A stretch of DNA of 48,575 bases, taken from sequence record SRR31156797_6029. One strand, given 5' to 3'. The position numbers were made by a program, and so were the translations under genes. Numbering within the stretch: position 1 is the stretch's first letter; each line of letters opens with the position of its first letter. Positions 45,626 to 48,575 of the stretch are shown here, piece by piece. Under the pieces are notes generated by a model. The model ran no database searches. It had not been told where the DNA came from and was given only the letters and a program-made list of their open reading frames with translations.

Positions 45626-46782
45626 TAAATTTTCCTTAAATTTCTGATTAATTCTGCCGATTTGCTCGCGCCTTCCAGATCAATGCCATGGTTTGTCTTG
45701 TTGCGGTTTTGGTTGAGCAGATTACACATGGTGGCGGTCATTGCTGATCGGTTTGTAGAATCAAGAATTTCCAGTGGGATATATTTTGCAATCCTTTCCG
45801 CGCGCATACGTTGCTCATGATTCTGGGCAAAAGGCAGTACTGCTGTCGGAATACATGAAGTCAGGATGTCCATACAAGTATTATATCCTGCCATGGAGAT
45901 CATTGCATCCCCGGCAGTGAGTAGATCAGTAAAATCTGTTGCAAAGCGCTGGATGGTTATATTTTCGTGTACTTTTGCTGTGGCGTAGAGTGCATCGAAT
46001 TTATCATTATCCAGAAATGGTCCGCTTAGTATTAGCAGTTTGTTGTTTTGCTGTTGTAGATCGATGAAAGATTCAAGTGCTGCCTGCATCAACGGTCCGC
46101 CAACCTTGCCGCCCCCCGCACTGGCGATGAGCAGCTTTTCGTCCGTTTTTATATCCAAGCTTTCACGTATTTTATCGCGTACGTTGTCCGCTGGTTTGCG
46201 GGCCGCAAATCCAGTGTACTCACATGGTATTTCAATCTGCTTAAAAGCCTGAAAGGTTTCATCCAGTGCTGCGATCTTGGGATCGGCATGGATGAGCAGC
46301 AGATCGAAATATTTATTCAGGTATTTTACAACACGGGCTTCATGCTTGCCTCCGTCGTCGCGTTCCACGAGGATATCTCGCAGGGAACACACAACCTTTA
46401 CATCACCGAACTGACCCTCTTTTATAGCATCGAGAACAGGCAGCAGCTCAAAACGAAAGGCCTTGCGTCCGAAGGGAAACAGTTCAATGAGGAAAACATC
46501 AGGCTTTTCCTCTTCAAATATTTTGAAAAGGGTAGTGCTACGTTCTTCCTTGACCTCTTCAAGTTTGCGGTCTTCGTCAGTAGGCATGAGTCCACCGAAA
46601 TTTTCATCCATGCACAGACCGGGCAACTGACGGTATTCCACATTTGGCGGCAGCGGTTGATTCGGGCGTTCGCCACCTGCCACGAAAAGAATTTCTTCTT
46701 TATCTAAAGCCTTAGCGATTTCAAGGCTGCGGAAAAAATGTCCCATTCCCAGCACGTGCTGGCAGTAATGAATTATTTTCAT
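45625..46782 (-). CDS. GT-B glycosyltransferase (GT28 C-terminal-like)
   Basis: YCQHVLGMGH, ELFPFGR, CSLRDIL, SAGGG, SMAGYNT, EQRMRA. Confidence 0.88.
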   Translation of the reverse strand: MKIIHYCQHVLGMGHFFRSLEIAKALDKEEILFVAGGERPNQPLPPNVEYRQLPGLCMDENFGGLMPTDEDRKLEEVKEERSTTLFKIFEEEKPDVFLIELFPFGRKAFRFELLPVLDAIKEGQFGDVKVVCSLRDILVERDDGGKHEARVVKYLNKYFDLLLIHADPKIAALDETFQAFKQIEIPCEYTGFAARKPADNVRDKIRESLDIKTDEKLLIASAGGGKVGGPLMQAALESFIDLQQQNNKLLILSGPFLDNDKFDALYATAKVHENITIQRFATDFTDLLTAGDAMISMAGYNTCMDILTSCIPTAVLPFAQNHEQRMRAERIAKYIPLEILDSTNRSAMTATMCNLLNQNRNKTNHGIDLEGASKSAELIRNLRKI

Positions 46783-47396
46783 AACTCGTCATTCAACCTT
46801 TCAATGGAAAATTCGCCGTTCCAGTTCAGCCAGTGCAATCTGCGTTTTTTCAGCAGCTTTCTTTCTTCGGGCATGAAGTCATGGTCCAGAAGTTTATAGA
46901 TCACGGATTTAATTACGCCCTCGTGAGCCACGGCAAGAATCTTGATTTCGTCTTTGTCTATAGTTCTGATAATTTCGTTTACTCCGTCTTCAAGAGCCTT
47001 GAATCCGCGGTCGGCACATTCAATACGGTTTTCACCGCTGTCAGGAGTAAAATACCAACCCTTGGTAACTTCTTCATCAAGTTTGCCGGGAAATTTTGCA
47101 TGCAGTTCGTCCATGGTCAGACCGGACCACTTACCCCAATCCTGCTCGCGTAGACCAGGAAGGTGTAGCGTGGGCAGCTCCAAGCCTTCGGTGATGATAT
47201 TTGCGGTCTCGATTGTCCGACCAAGATCACTGGTCAGCACAGCATCGAAGGTTTGCGGCTCAAGAGTCTTCTTCCAGCCTGCAGCCAGTTCCCGTCCGTA
47301 TTTTGTCAGCGGGGAATTAAAGTGGCCCTGAATACGGCCTTCCTCATTCCACTCAGTTACTGAGTGGCGGATAAATGCGATTTTTACGGATTTCAT
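46779..47396 (-). CDS. Histidine phosphatase (PGM/CobC family)
   Basis: RHSVTEWN...QG, SDLGRTIET, LREQDWG, VAHEG. TGATG coupling. Confidence 0.9.
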   Translation of the reverse strand: MKSVKIAFIRHSVTEWNEEGRIQGHFNSPLTKYGRELAAGWKKTLEPQTFDAVLTSDLGRTIETANIITEGLELPTLHLPGLREQDWGKWSGLTMDELHAKFPGKLDEEVTKGWYFTPDSGENRIECADRGFKALEDGVNEIIRTIDKDEIKILAVAHEGVIKSVIYKLLDHDFMPEERKLLKKRRLHWLNWNGEFSIERLNDEL

Positions 47397-48520
47397 CAAT
47401 ATCTCCAATGGTTGATGCTGGTAAGTTCTTGCTCAACATTCTGAAGGTTTTTGTTCAAGTCGAAATTTTCTCTTATGTGTTTTGGAGCTGCTTTAGCCAT
47501 TTGCTTCCGAAGATTGTCGTCCGTCAGAAGTTTGGTCAGGTTGGCGGACATGGCTGCAATATCCCGTTCCGGGGAGAGTAAGCCTGTCTCCCCGTGGATA
47601 ACCGCTTCCTTAGGACCTCGCGTTGAATATGCTACCACAGGGAGACCGCAGCATTGGGCTTCAAGGTAAACCATACCAAGTGATTCATTAATTCCCGGAT
47701 AGGCGAAAAAATCGGCGGCGCTGTAGTATTTGCAAAGCTCTTCACGCTTGACCTGACCGAGGAAAATTATTCGATTTCTGGCTTTATCTACTGCCAGCTT
47801 TTCAAGGCGCGAGCGGGCTTCACCGTCCCCGGCAATGAGCAGTATTGCTTCAGGGATTTCTTTTGCTACCGGGGAAAAAGCATTTATCAAGTCAGTGATG
47901 CTTTTAGCTTTGACATCTTCGCGAAGCATGGCTGTGCTGAGAATTATCTTTTTCCCATTCAGTCCGTATTTATTGCGTATATCTTCCGCACCCTGCGGGC
48001 AAAAGTTGAACTTGTCAGGTTCAATTCCGGGGTAGGTACGCGAAAGCTTTTCTGGAAGAATGATCCGCGAGAGATTATGGAAGTCTATGTCCTTGTTGGC
48101 AAAAACATGGTCGGCGTTAAGCAAGGCGTGTTTGTTCGCCATGTAACCTGCCCATGTTTTGTAATTGCGGCGGTATTTAGTGGCGAACACACCTTGATAG
48201 ATCACATAGGGTATGCCGAGTTTTGCAGAGATGTTTGGACCAAGCAGGTCCGGGGATTTGTAGTAGCTGTGGTAGGTCAGCCAGAGATCGGGCTTGAAGT
48301 CTTCAACCCGCTTTAGGGTGCGTTTGAATTCAAGGTAGAGGGCAGGCCATTTTAAAGGCTTTTGAGTGATATGTCGTAGCCTGAAATAACTTGCAATCAG
48401 TAGCTCGTGGTCTCGGGAGCGTAGGAAATCATGCAGAGTCTTCCCGATGATCAAATCCCCGGAAGGAAGCGGATGATCAATGGGTTTATGAGGAGCAAAA
48501 AAAGCAATTCTCATCTGCAT
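47396..48520 (-). CDS. GT4-family glycosyltransferase
   Basis: FAPHKP.DHP.PSGD, TYHSYYKSPD, AGDG, ESLGMVYLEAQCCGLPVV (Ex7E). The true start may be ATG 48514. Confidence 0.9.
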   Translation of the reverse strand: MQMRIAFFAPHKPIDHPLPSGDLIIGKTLHDFLRSRDHELLIASYFRLRHITQKPLKWPALYLEFKRTLKRVEDFKPDLWLTYHSYYKSPDLLGPNISAKLGIPYVIYQGVFATKYRRNYKTWAGYMANKHALLNADHVFANKDIDFHNLSRIILPEKLSRTYPGIEPDKFNFCPQGAEDIRNKYGLNGKKIILSTAMLREDVKAKSITDLINAFSPVAKEIPEAILLIAGDGEARSRLEKLAVDKARNRIIFLGQVKREELCKYYSAADFFAYPGINESLGMVYLEAQCCGLPVVAYSTRGPKEAVIHGETGLLSPERDIAAMSANLTKLLTDDNLRKQMAKAAPKHIRENFDLNKNLQNVEQELTSINHWRY

Positions 48521-48575
48521 GGCTCCCTGTGTAGTTTGACTCAGTGAAGCTTAATAAAAGTTTTAGGAGAGTCCA

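Noticed and set aside
1-48575. CRISPR arrays, tRNA/rRNA genes, IS elements, integrases, prophage or defence genes
   Set aside because: No regularly spaced repeats, RNA-gene signatures or transposase/integrase motifs were seen by eye. Small ncRNAs cannot be excluded without a covariance-model search.

Overview
Gene-dense chromosomal window from a sulfate-reducing deltaproteobacterium. Desulfovibrionaceae, probably Maridesulfovibrio-like, is inferred from the dhcA-rnf operon and the gene repertoire. I see no rRNA, tRNA, CRISPR array, transposase or phage gene. Left to right: two divergent polar amino-acid ABC operons, a hybrid histidine kinase, an AI-2E transporter, a degenerate 5'-nucleotidase-like protein, mltA, an MBL hydrolase, an FmdB zinc ribbon, a sigma54-preceded helical-repeat protein, dhcA-rnfCDGEAB with RnfB fused to a GltD/NfnB-like flavoprotein, alkaline phosphatase-YibE/F-pseudo-HAD, an atypical thioredoxin reductase, HD/REC/Tim44/HPt/HD-GYP/MerR genes, a 7-gene minus-strand transport cluster and a glycosyltransferase/phosphatase/deacetylase operon. 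The best candidate for an undescribed system is 32789-44610. It encodes a minimal FtsX/MacB-type permease, a LolD-like ATPase, a 1622-aa fusion of a catalytically altered M28/PA peptidase fold with a MacB/FtsX permease, two related OPT-like (DUF6785-type) polytopic membrane proteins, a tandem PsbP-like protein and a stand-alone PqqD/RRE protein, with no RiPP maturase in the window. A recurring theme is intact ORFs whose catalytic residues are substituted (HPt, 5'-nucleotidase, HAD, HD-GYP, M28). All family calls come from motif recognition by eye; no database searches were run.
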